From contig OX597815.1 of the NCBI GenBank assembly GCA_951406725.2, forward strand, positions 128,154,001 through 128,218,000: a stretch of 64,000 nt of DNA. The letters are read 5' to 3'. Source of the DNA: Octopus vulgaris. Taxonomy: Eukaryota. Positions 52,297 through 64,000 of this stretch are shown piece after piece. A program made the position numbers and the translations under genes. The number at the start of each line of letters is the position of its first letter. Positions within the stretch are counted from its first letter, which is position 1. The notes beneath the pieces are model-generated. The model was given only the letters and a program-made list of their open reading frames with translations, was not told the origin of the DNA and did no database searches.

Positions 52297-54538
52297 CTGA
52301 AAGTGTCAATAAAAACACAATGTCAGACTTATGAGACAGGAGAGAGGCCGAAGAAGAGCAAGGGAAATTACAGGCTGACAACCTGCAATAGTGGAAGTGG
52401 CAATACAAAATGTAGTGTGAATTGCGGCTACATTTTTTTAGTTTTGGCTTAACTAAAATTGCTTTCATTTTATAATCTAATTTTGAAAGTTGTGTGTAGA
52501 TTCATAAAGTTTGGTTATATGGCATTTGGTGTAATTAATATGGCTCACTATAAATGTGTAATTGTGTTCTGGCTTATTGATATCGGTTTACAAAAAAAAA
52601 AATTAAGTAAAAGAATCTTTAAACATAAAAGAAAGCAACTTTTTATTTTGATATGGGAAATCATAGATGATACAAAAGTCTAATCAAGATGTTATTGTGA
52701 ATTATTGAAATTCTGTTAATCAGTTGCTAAATGTTATCAAATATACTTAATAAAGGTAATAGAAAAATAATTTCTGTGCTTGGAGATAGAGAGAGTGCAC
52801 ATATGTGTGTGTGTGTGGGGGGTATGAATGTATGTGTGCGTGTTGATTTTAAATACTGAATGTACATCTAAAAGTTGGTGGAAAAAAAAAAGTAAAAGAC
52901 AAACACCAAATTTCCACTGAAATACATTTAGAATCATTACTTTCTACTTGCACAGAAATCAAGTAGTAAAAGTGGTCATCATATTTTATAAAGATTTCAA
53001 AGAAATGTTTGTCAAAGGACAATTATTTGAAATGTAAAAAGAAAAATGTTATCATCATAGAGTACTGCATAGAGATGGACATTAGACAATGAACACAATC
53101 ACGTTATTAAATGAGGATGAAATGCCAACAATATACATTATATATTCCAAACTCTAATTGGATAATTAATGTCTGATACACTTCAACCTTCTGTCCTGGC
53201 TGAACTCATCCTACTTCCATCAAACTTTATTCATACAAATGTATGTTTGTATATATACACACACACATTCACATATCATCATCACTTAACATCCACTCTC
53301 CATGATGACATGATTTAGATGGTTTGACTGGAGCCGACAAGCCAGAGAGTTGTACCAGGTTCCAGTCAGGTTTGGCATGGTTTCTATGGCTGGATGCCCT
53401 TCCTAATGCCAACCACTCCAGGAGTGTAATGGGTGCTCAATTAAAAGTGTGTGTACACACATATGTATGTACATACATAATAGATGTAGGTACAAATACA
53501 TGTGTGTATGTGCGTGCACATACACATGCATTTATGTGTACACACATATACATACAAAGACTGCAATGCCTAAAGCCAGACATAAACACTCCAGTCATTT
53601 TTTCTTTCCACCAATATCCATATACATTGTTCTGACTTAGAACCCATTCTACATCTCCTGCTCACATCTCCTATTCCTCTCTCAGATACAAATCTATCAA
53701 CCACTATCTCCAACCCATCTGAGCTGGCCACATTACACTCTACTCAAACTTTGGTCCAAAAGACTGTCAGTATTGACAGACTACTTTCTTATCACTCACT
53801 TGGAAAGCATGAAGAATAATGTGAGATACTCTGGATCAAAGTCTTACTCTCTCACTCCATCATATACATCTGCACTCATCTACCTCCCCAATTCACCATC
53901 ATCATCGTTTAACGTCTGTTTTCCATGCTAGCATGGGTTGGATGGTTCGACCGGGGTCTGGGAAGCCAGGAGTCTGCACCAGGCTCCAGTTTGATCTGGC
54001 AGTGTTTCTACAGCTGGGTGCCCTTCCTAACGCCAACCACTCTCTAACCATATCTTCCTCTGCATTGAAGACGTATATCATCCTTCATACTAACTCCACG
54101 ACCAGAGAACTTGAACATGTTCCAGCAGGGACATCAAAATCTTATCTCTCATATCACAAATACTACTCATATTAAAAAAATATCATCTCACTACACTCCT
54201 CTTACTGAAGAGCAGAACTCAAAATCACTCCAACTGTTAGGTCTCCCTATCACCAAAAGAAATTTCCTGGTGAAAGCGCGTCCTGAATAAAACGACGACT
54301 GAATCCAAACAAATGATTCTACTCTTAGATATTTCAGCCCCTAAAAAATTATTGAAACTCTACAAAGCTTAGTTGATGCTCACAGAATGTAGCGACGGGC
54401 GAAATACCACTAAGCATTTCATCCTGCATGCTAACAATTCTGCCAGCTTCCCACCTTACTTGTTCTTAATAATAATATGCTGAATTAATATTTGCACACA
54501 CACACAGGGTTGTATCGCAGTTTCTGTCAACTCATCTA

Positions 54539-55762
54539 CAGGGTCTTGCAGATAAACTGAGACCAATTTTAAGCAGTTGAATTAGTGGGTTGAACATTTC
54601 ATTTTTTGACAAAACCTTGCTTGAAAATCTAATCCTTCTCTTTATTTTTCAGATAAATAGCAAACTTATTTGACAACAGAAAGTCATGGAACAACAGAAT
54701 TGTTCCGCCTGTTTTACTACACGCTAGGCACACTTCCAATAAAATTGTTAAGTTGATGAAACTTGCAAAAGCAACAGTTTATCATGTCTATAAACAATTT
54801 AAAGAAGCGGGAAAGATTGATAGAAAAGAACACAAGACTCAAAGTGATTCCAAGTGCAATCCAAAGTTTTGCACTGGCCTCAAACACTCAATTGAAGGCA
54901 ACCCATCCACATCCATGACAACTCTTGCAAAGAAATGCAATGTGTCCCTTTCCACAGTATCCAGAGCTGTGAACAGGAAACTTGGCATGACTAGCTATGT
55001 TCAATGACACCATCAACTCCTAACAGCCAATGCCTAAGCAATCAGAGCCAAGTGATGCCCAAAGCTTGTCATTCATCAAGCATCAAGGTGCAGGAAAAAC
55101 TCTTGTGTTTGTGGAAAAGAAGAATGTCACTTTGGACACTAAGAAATTCTTAAGTGATGGCATACAGCCTTTCCAACATCCCTACTTTATTTGAGACTAA
55201 GAATCCTGCCTCTGTGAGTGATGGAAGTGTCACGGATTCACACTTCATTGAGTCTAGCTTGAAGATCGGCACAAAAAGAGTATCTGGACATCCTGAAGAA
55301 CTCTTATCTTGGATGGAGCAGAAGTTTGAGCTTGACAATGTGGTACTTAGCCAAGATTCTGCACCATGCCAGGAGCCAAAAGCAACACAGGCCTTCCTTG
55401 GTGAGAAGGTGCCATTTTTTGTGAAGGCTAACATCTGGTCCAGTCATAGCCCAGATCTCAACCTTCTCGATAACTTTTTATAGGGATGTACTTCAAGCAT
55501 GTACCAATGCTTTACCACACTCGAAAACCTGCATTGTGCATGCAACATGCAAAATCAAAAAGGCAAAGGTAGCAGCAGCTGCAAAAAATTTCGTTCTTGT
55601 GAGGCGGCAGTAAATGCCCTAAAGGTCAACCATACTGAACTGAGTGATGTTTTAGTTGTAATAAATGTTACTTTAAAATTATATTTGGCTACTTCCATTA
55701 TTTTAGTATTCATAACCAGTTTTATGCATTGTAAAAACTGTTTCAATTTATCTGTAAGACTG
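54539..55762 (+). mobile_element. Defective Tc1/mariner transposon, DD37D (maT) family
   Basis: TA-flanked imperfect TIRs (cagggtcttgcagataaactgagac / tttcaatttatctgtaagactg). Fragmented transposase with an HTH (KATVYHVYKQF..CNVSLSTVSR) and QDSAP..SPDLNLLD with 37 residues between the Asps. Confidence 0.9.
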
Positions 55763-58671
55763 TATAGTGTCATGTAGTGGGAGTGAACCCAAGACTGTGT
55801 TGTTACTAAGTGATGCCTGCACATGCACACAAATATGTCTATCATACATATCATCATCATTTAACGTCCGCTTTCCATGCTAGCATGGGTTGGACTATAC
55901 ATGTATGTGTGTGTGTATATATGTGTGGGTGTATATGTACGTGTGTATACACATTTGAGAAGAATTATCCGATTCAGTGAAAGTGAGTTGTGCCCCAGCA
56001 TGGCCACAGCTCGTGAGCAGAAACTAGATAAAATTTTTAAAAATAAAATAAAATAAATAGGTTCCATCCACATGTAATGACAATAAAACTTTTCCACACT
56101 CTACCCCAACAAACCAAACTACATCTTTTCTCTTCCTCACATTTCCTCCTTTCATGCGTTATGCTTATCTCTTGCTCCCCAATCCTGTCCTCACTGCCCT
56201 GCTCACTTTACCATGGCTATCCTGCTTCTCCCCACCTTCTCTATATGCCCAGGTTGTATCAGTCACTGTATTCCCCACACTCTTTGCATTCTGGTGAAAT
56301 CTCTACTTCCTATTCATACACCTTGGCAATACCCGACCATTTATATTCTAACCAGTATCTTGAGGGTATGCCCTTCCACTGTCACCACTTATATCTCCCT
56401 TCCTCTACCATCCCATTTATATTATGACCTCCACCTCTGTTCCTTGTGAGCATGCTCTGGCACTTTGCCAACATCTCTCTCTTGCAGTCTTCCAGTCTCT
56501 CTCTGAACTGGTTAACCATATATTTCACCTGCAACACATCTGTTCTTAGCCTCAGTCTTGATCACTCTTTCTCTCTATGGCTAGGTAACCATGTATCTCC
56601 TCTACAGCAAGACACTTATTTCTGTCTCGATGTCACACTAACCTTTCATCATCTGGCACAAGATCATCTTCTCTAAAGCTCCATCTCCTCTCAAAGGACA
56701 TTTGTCTTGCAAGTTACCTGATGACTCTGCCAGTGTTGGTGCCATGTAAACAGCATCCAGTTCACACTGTAGAGTGGTTAGCATTTGGAAGGGAATCCAG
56801 CTGTAAAAACACCATGCCAATACTGACCTCGCCTGTGCTCATGCCAACTCCACTCTACAAGGTGCTCAGTGTTTGGAAGGGCATCCAGCAGTAAAAACCA
56901 TGCCAAAACAAACAGAAACATGGTGCAGTCTTCTGCCTAGTCAGCTCCTGTCAAACCATCCAAATCACACCAGCCTGGAAAGTGGACATTAAATGATGGT
57001 GATGACACACACACACAAAGTGTCCATCATTTTATGCCCACTTAGCATTTTGATATGAGCTGGAAAAGTTGTTACTGTTCTCTTAGGCAAGACAGAGGAA
57101 GATATCTCACTCAAAAGTTTCATTTGGATTTGATTTCTACAGCTGGATGCCCCTCCAAGCACCAACTGTAAAGTACAATTTTACTCAATGTACTGGGTAC
57201 ATTACTATGATACTAACACTTGAGACAAATCTCTTTGACAATGCAGAACTACCCTCTAGATCCTAAACTTTACAAAATTACGAGGTGTATTTTATCATGG
57301 TAATAGTACTAAAGAGAATTGCCATAAGCTTAACTGGATTAGAGAAGTGCATCTGACGCCCATGATACTGCTTTCCAACCACTACAGAGAATATAATGGA
57401 CACATTTTATCATGGCACTAGCACTAGTGAAACTGCCTTTTAATCTCTGATTTTTTTTCATTCACTGAAGATAAGGTATCAGAGAAGATACTTGTTTCAG
57501 TCACTGTACTATGGCCATGCAGGGCAACTGCTTTTAAAGGTTTTAGTTGGAAAGATTGACCCCAATACTTATTTTTTGGTCTCTTTGGCCAAGTTACAAA
57601 GTTACATGAACTTAAACAAACCAACATCAGTTGTCAGATAGGAGTGAGGACAAACATACAAATATATCTACGACAAGCTTCCACACAGCTGTTTCCGTCA
57701 AACAAATTCACTCAAAAGGCAACTCATGGCTATAGTAAAAGACACTTGCTCAAGGTGTTGTAGTGGGACTGAACCCAAAATCATGTGATTGCAAAGTAAG
57801 TTTCTTACCACACAGCTATAGCTGAGCCTGTAGATAGGCAACTTTTCTGAAATACTTATAAGAAAATCAAAGTGAACCAAATAATTTCAGGAATTACTTC
57901 AAAAATTATCATCGACCAATTTAACCCTCACTGATTACATTTTTGCATGCTAATGTGCAGATACTTAATATTTGCCCAGCAAAAATAAAATGTGCATACT
58001 ATGTCATATGATGTGGGGAGAATTCTGGAAAGTACCCCATGATCAAAATCAAGTTAACTCAGTTCCTGTATCTCAAGTGTACTTGCATGGAACCAAGTAA
58101 GGATTATACATCATTTTGCTTGTATACTAAGTTTGATTTGAAATGAAGAGCTTGATTCCAAACTATAGTAAAATAACTAAGTACATGCTTTTTAGATTAT
58201 AGTATGCAGGTTTTTCTTGTCCTTTTCTTTTTGAGTGGGGTGTGAGGAAGAAATCTCATAAAAATTTATTTCAAAAATGATTTTTACTACTATAAAATTA
58301 AAAAAAAAAAAGATAATTCAGTATAGGTTTAGTTACCTAGTGCATTCATAAGAGTATAAAATATAACTTAGAATATAAGATAATCTGTATAGTATTCCTG
58401 TAGGAAGAAAAACAAATCTTTCCACAGATAGTTTACATTAAAAATCTAACAGCACTATACCAACGACCAACATTTCTCTATCTATTCAAGCTTTAAAATT
58501 AATCAAATTTAGATCTAATACATCTTTTTTTGCCTTATGGCTTAGTCAGGCAGGGAAGTGACAGTACCTATGTCTCTTTTCAGAGCTTCTGATAATCAGT
58601 GGAAGGGAATTATCTTTAGCCAGAGATCTGGCCCTAATGCATGTAACAGAATACTGTTAAGGACAATTAGT

Positions 58672-59120
58672 CATCATCATTGTTTAACGTCCGCTTTCCA
58701 TACTAACATGGGTTGGACGATTTGACTGAGGACTGGCAAACAAGATGGCTGCACCAGGCTCCAGTCTGATCTGGCAGAGTTTCTACAGCTGGATGCCCTT
58801 CCTAATGCCAACCACTCCGAGAGTGTAGTGGGTGCTTTTCCGTACGACTGGCAACGGCCATGCTCAAATGGTGTTTTTTACATGCCACCTGCACAGGAGC
58901 CAGTCCAGCGGCACTGGCAACGACCTCACTTGAATGTTTTTTCACATGCCACCGGCACAAGTGCCAGTAATGCGAACCTGGTAACGATCACGCTTGAATG
59001 GTGCTTCTTACATGCTACTAGCACTGAAGCCAGTTAGCTACTCTGTCAACGATCACTCTCGGATGTTGCTCTCAGGGTTCCACTAGCACGGATGCCAGTC
59101 ATCGAATTTGATTTCGATTT
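58672..59120 (-). mobile_element. SINE family C copy with internal tandem subrepeats
   Basis: The family C 3' end plus several repeated units of about 55-60 bp (catgccacc.gcac..g.gccagt..ggcaacga..acg..gaatggtg). Confidence 0.75.
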
Positions 59121-59900
59121 ACTGTTAATAAGGCACTGGATTAAGTCTACCACTCAAGGTCAAGTACTGCCTCTTTTGTGGGTTTCTCTGGTGGGTTGAG
59201 CTGCTGCTGTAATACAAAACATTTGCTCAAGTTGCAGCACAGTGGAGCTAAGCTCAAAACCATGTAGTTACAAAGCAAAATCCTAAACCACATTGCCATG
59301 CCTGCATGCAGAATCACTCAAACTGCTAGAAATAGCTTTATTCTTGATTTAGCTTTTAACCTAAGTCAACAGAAGTAAATTTCAACTTGTAGAATATTTC
59401 TATTCACCTTAGCAAGTGTGTATGTCTGTGTTGTGCATACACACAATGATATAAACAACTATCTGATGATCAGTTACATGAAACTGAGTAACAATTTGTG
59501 AAGTCGCTTCAGCTTCAATAAATAACTATATTTTACCTTTGGTGTTGGAGTGCTATTTTCTGCACCTTACTTTACAAACATACAAGAGTATGTGTGTATC
59601 AAACTTCTCAATATATAATCAGTAAACATTACAGAAGTATTTAAATGAAAAACAATCCTACTCTCATATTCTCAATATAACAATCTACCTGACTTTAAGA
59701 TACAAAAGTGTAGCTTTAAGATACAAAACCCTTAGCTTTTCTTATGATAGAAAAAGTTTCTGCAGAATTTCAAAACAGAAACAATATCAATTTCAGTTCA
59801 TTGCAGATACCAATTTGTGGCAAAATAAAGATATAAAAGTTGTAGAGACACACAGCTTTGCATTATAGATCAAATGTGATAGGTTTCTCTTTCTCACATA

Positions 59901-60776
59901 CGAGAGGGTGCTGGAAAGTTCCTGGCATTAAGTAAAAGAAAATACTGGAGGATCAGTCAATTATGATTTTATTCAATATATTCCCCTCTCTGATTCACAC
60001 ACTTATTGCAGCGGTCCTTCAATTTCTCTAAGCCTTGTAAGAAAAACTCAGAAGAATGGGCCTCCAACCAGGCCTCTGCAGCAGCAATCACTTCTGAATC
60101 AGAGTGCAATTTCATTCCCTTGAGATGTTTCTTCAGTAGTGGAAAGAGGTGATAGTTAGAGGGGGCCAAGTCAGGAGAGTAAGGCGGGTGGTCTACCAAT
60201 TCAAAGACAAAGTCACATATTTTCCATAGAGTTTCACGTGCTGTGTGTGCTGGTGCATTATCCTGCAAAAACAAGACACCACGGTTTAGCTTTCCACAGC
60301 ATTTCTGCTGCAAAGCTTCATGCAGTTCGTCCAACAGAGACATGTAGTATTCTGCATTGATGGTGTGACCCTTTGGCAGGTATTTCATAAGGAGTACCCC
60401 ATCTTTGTCCCAGAACACTGAGGCCTAAATCTTTCCAGATGACTTCTGGGTCTAAAAGCTCTTGAGATGCAGTGAATATATGATTGCTGCTTGGTTTGGG
60501 GATCATAATGATGAAGCCAAGTTTCATCCAAGGTGACTAAAGTCATAAAATCAGCCTCCCCTGCTGCAAACTGGTCCAAAATCACCTTTGATGTCATCAC
60601 CCTGATGCGCTTCTGATCTGCATTCAGGTATTTTGGCACCCATTTTGTGAAAAGCTTTCTCAAGTCCAGAATGTTGTGGGTGATGTGGCCAACTCTTTCG
60701 TGAGAAATCCCCAGAGTCTCAGCAATGACTCTAGCTGAAACCCGGCAGTCCTCAAGAACTTTTCAGCACCTTCTCA
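59901..60776 (-). mobile_element. Internally deleted mariner (DD34D-type) transposon
   Basis: TA-flanked TIRs cgagagggtgctggaaagttc / gaacttttcagcaccttctca. WVPK, TLDETW, QDNAPAH and HPPYSPDLAPSNY motifs with spacing 34 and the third Asp changed to Asn. The N-terminus is deleted up to the TIR. Confidence 0.92.
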
Positions 60777-62791
60777 TACAACTTTTTTTTCAAGAAAACA
60801 ACAACAAAACTGTGAACTATATTTTATTGTGTTATGATTAACACTTTCCATGAAAAGAAATCAACTTCATTACCAAAACAATGCTGTTTTGAAATATTGT
60901 TTGAAGAACTAGAGGTATACGTTAATTTCTGTAAGAGAGTAAGGTTTCTCTTCTTTATTTCTAAAACAAAGTGTACAGTGAAATATAAATAATGCAAATC
61001 TAGCAATATTTCCATTAATATTGAAAATGATAGCACCACCATATGTATTGATTGCCAAAATATTCTTTGAAACTAAATAGAGGCTAAACATGGCAAAAGT
61101 TGGTAGAATAACAACAAATGTCTTGCAATCACAAGGTCCGTATGGATCATTTAAATATCTATCAGTACATATATGTGCATGTCTTTGTGCATGTTTATAT
61201 TTATGTGTTTTAGAGAATGTATGTATGTTGCCATCTGTCAAGACAGGCAACAATATTTCGAGCTAACAAACATGCTTTTTTCTTCATATTTTCTTTTTGT
61301 TTCTTTTTTTCCTTCTTTCTTTCTTAGTAAACACAACTGTGTTGCCTTAGCAACAGAACTACATTATCAGATTCACAATGTAACATCTACACAGTCTGAC
61401 TAATAGACATATTCAGTACTTTGTTGTGTGTTACTTTAATAAAATCAGAAAATACAGGGTGAATGCACCCAGACAAATTAGAAATCATATTAAAATGTAG
61501 CTCAGCTGACATAACAGGGCAACTGCTTCTCTAGACAAACAGAAGCTTCCATATATACATGTAAGAATGTAAATTCTTTATATATATATATAAAGATAGA
61601 TAGATATAGATAGACTGAGAGAGAGAGAGAGAGAGAAAGAGACCCTTTGACCACGAATAACTAAGTACAAGTCCAGGCTAAGTTGTTTATGATAGACCAA
61701 CAGTTGCCATGCATACCAATCTCCCCTCTCCATGCCACTGATGTTGTCCAAAGGAAAAGCAAAGGCCAATACAGCTTGGCACCAGTGACATTGCAACTCA
61801 TTTCTACAGCTGAATGAACTGGAGCAACATGAAATAAAGTCTTGCTAAAGAACATAACACACAGCCTGGTCCAGGAATTGAACTCACAACCTCATGATTG
61901 TAAGCCCAAAGAGTTAACCACTGAGCCATACACTTTCTCACACACACACACACAAAAGGAGAGAGAATGTTCAAATGTACTTTCTTTTAACATTATTCTT
62001 TTAAAGATGTTTGCTTTTAGAGAGATTATGTGTATACATGAGTGACTGATAGGATGTGTGTGTTGAGTTGGTAAAAAATATTAATTTAAGACAACATACT
62101 CCAACAGGTGCATCACTTCGTCTGTTGTTGGAGTATCACAGTCGGAATGTTCATATGCATTTCATATATTTAATTATCATGTATGAATCCCAGTCAAGGT
62201 TTCCAAGTGTGTCAAAATTAAAGTCATGACTAATGAGTTCATTAATAAGAAATGGAATCCTGCATGTATATATGTAAGCAGGCAAGTATGATATATCTAT
62301 GTCCATATGTACATCATGCATATAATTATTGTATTACATCCAGCAGGGATTTCTTGCATTTCAGAAATTAATGAGTCACAACTAATGATTTTATTAACAA
62401 GGAAAAGAACTGAATACAAAAAATAATAATATCAGGCTAATTTCCAAAGATATTTCATAACCTATCTTCCCAATTTCATGGCCATAAACTTCAAAAAAGA
62501 AAAAAAAGAAGAAAAAAAAATCAAATGAAAGAAGAGTTAAGAAACTGGTAAAACATCATCAAAATTAAGCAAGTGTTAATAATGTTAATTAGACTAATGT
62601 AAATGGGTAGATTTTATAAATATATATATATATACTAAATGCAACAAACATGGAATGCTAAATTCAAATGTATATCATGAAACAAAAATAAGATTAATAA
62701 AGAAATGTTGCTACACATTAAACTGTAGTATAATTTCATATATGCATGTATATATATATATATGCATGTATGTATATATATATATATGCTG

Positions 62792-63126
62792 AGACCCCCT
62801 TCAGTCATGACTGACCATGGGATTGCACCTAGAAAGTTACTCTCCCAGGCACAAGTCTGGGCAAGTTTGTTTTATGGAAGACCACCACTTGCCCATGCAT
62901 ACGAATCCCCCCTCTCCACGCCATCGATGTTATCCAAGGGAAAGGCAAAAGCCGATACAGCTCAGCACCAGTGATATCACAATTCATTTCTTCAGCTGAG
63001 TGAACTGGAGCAACGTGAAATAAAGTGTCTTGCTCAAGAACAAAACACACAGCCCGGTCCAGGATTTGAACTCACAACCTCATGATTGTAAGCTCGATGC
63101 TCTAGCCACTGAGCCATACACCTTCA
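62792..63126 (-). mobile_element. SINE family D
   Basis: Full-length copy inserted in a TA-rich tract; colinear with 2569-2880. Confidence 0.8.
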
Positions 63127-63214
63127 CATATATATATTTTTTTATATGTTTCAGCCCTTAGGTTGAGGCCATGCTCGAGCACCACCAGTGTAATCACCTT
63201 TTCAATAGCCAATC

Positions 63215-64000
63215 TTACGTGATTGGCTTTTGGTAAAGGATAGGATTTGATACAGCTGTGCTCTTTTGAGTTTCTTGCCATGATATAGTTTCATCTGGGA
63301 CCTTGGATAACAGGAGTTGTTTCTTGAAAACATCTACTCCTACTTCATGAAGATCCCTCAGATGTTTTGGCAAGGCATTAAATCGCTGTGAGCCCTTGAA
63401 TACCAAGCTATTGCAATGCATAGTCCTCACTCTAGATGGGATAGCTGGGAGCCTTGGAACAGTGCAGCGACATCCATTTGGTGGATGGTATAGCTCTTGA
63501 CACCAAAGTTTGATACCAGCCCCTCTAGGATCTTCTATACATAAATTACTGCATACCTCTCTCATCTTCACTCCAAGGAGTAGAGTCATAGCTCTTTCAG
63601 TCTCTCTCAGTAGCTCAGCTGTTCCATTGATGTCATCTTCCTGATATAGCACTGCTGAACTACCTTAAGTTCCACTATCAATTTGACACTGTAGGGTGAT
63701 CACAGTTGAGAGCAGTAGTCCACTCCATAGAACCAGCATAGTTTCCTGGTCACTTGTTCTGAAGGTTCTCAGAATCAATCTGGCCAGACACCAGCACACT
63801 GACACCATCTTGGTGATATGTACCTGAAATAAGGCATCGTTGCTTATATCAATCCCCAGATCACACACTGTATGTGACTCTGGAATTGTTGCTCCTTTTG
63901 GTCCAAAATATCATTGTTGCAATTGGAATGCCCATTAGCTGGTAGCGTAAAGACTTAAATTTACCTACATTAAATTACGTTTTCTTCAGCCCATTTATAT
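63215..64000 (-). mobile_element. CR1/L2-group LINE ORF2 fragment
   Basis: DLGIDISNDALFQVHITKMV..LILRTFRT and SLVFKGSQRFNALPKHLRDL..FKK, both post-RT motifs. Frameshifted. Confidence 0.8.

Noticed and set aside
58830-59100. Regularly spaced repeats superficially like a CRISPR array
   Set aside because: These are degenerate tandem units inside a SINE in eukaryotic DNA, with no unique spacers and no cas genes.
52300-64000. Search for further upstream TFG exons
   Set aside because: No Gln/Pro-rich or PB1-like exon was recognised; the upstream exons presumably lie beyond the window.

Overview
AT-rich, repeat-dense animal genomic DNA. The SINE repertoire and long (TA)/(CA)/(AG) microsatellites point to an octopus or other coleoid cephalopod; this is an inference. 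Two minus-strand protein-coding genes can be supported. (1) A complete rhomboid protease RHBDD1/RHBDL4 with four coding exons (15725-15269, 10490-10344, 8439-8359, 6421-6288; 272 aa, catalytic Ser and His intact). Its C-terminus lacks a recognisable UIM. (2) The 3' end of a probable TFG gene: terminal exon 37357-37160 ending TPPP..NPYAR..YPPL. Its >25 kb upstream intronic region holds a GC/CpG-rich candidate alternative last exon (52296-52048) and other phase-0 stop-containing exon candidates. A CpG-retaining block of about 18.8-24.6 kb, with a motif-rich promoter-like patch at about 24 kb, lies between the genes. The rest consists of at least six SINE-like families, RTE and CR1-group LINE fragments, and defective DNA transposons (DD37D maT, DD34D mariner, hAT-Charlie, piggyBac-like and Tc1-like MITEs). 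Most ORFs in the supplied track are repeat or microsatellite artefacts. I found no clear-cut new system. The best leads are the switchable TFG C-termini, local templated copying events and ADAR-like inverted structures. All coordinates were read by eye, and repeat boundaries are approximate.
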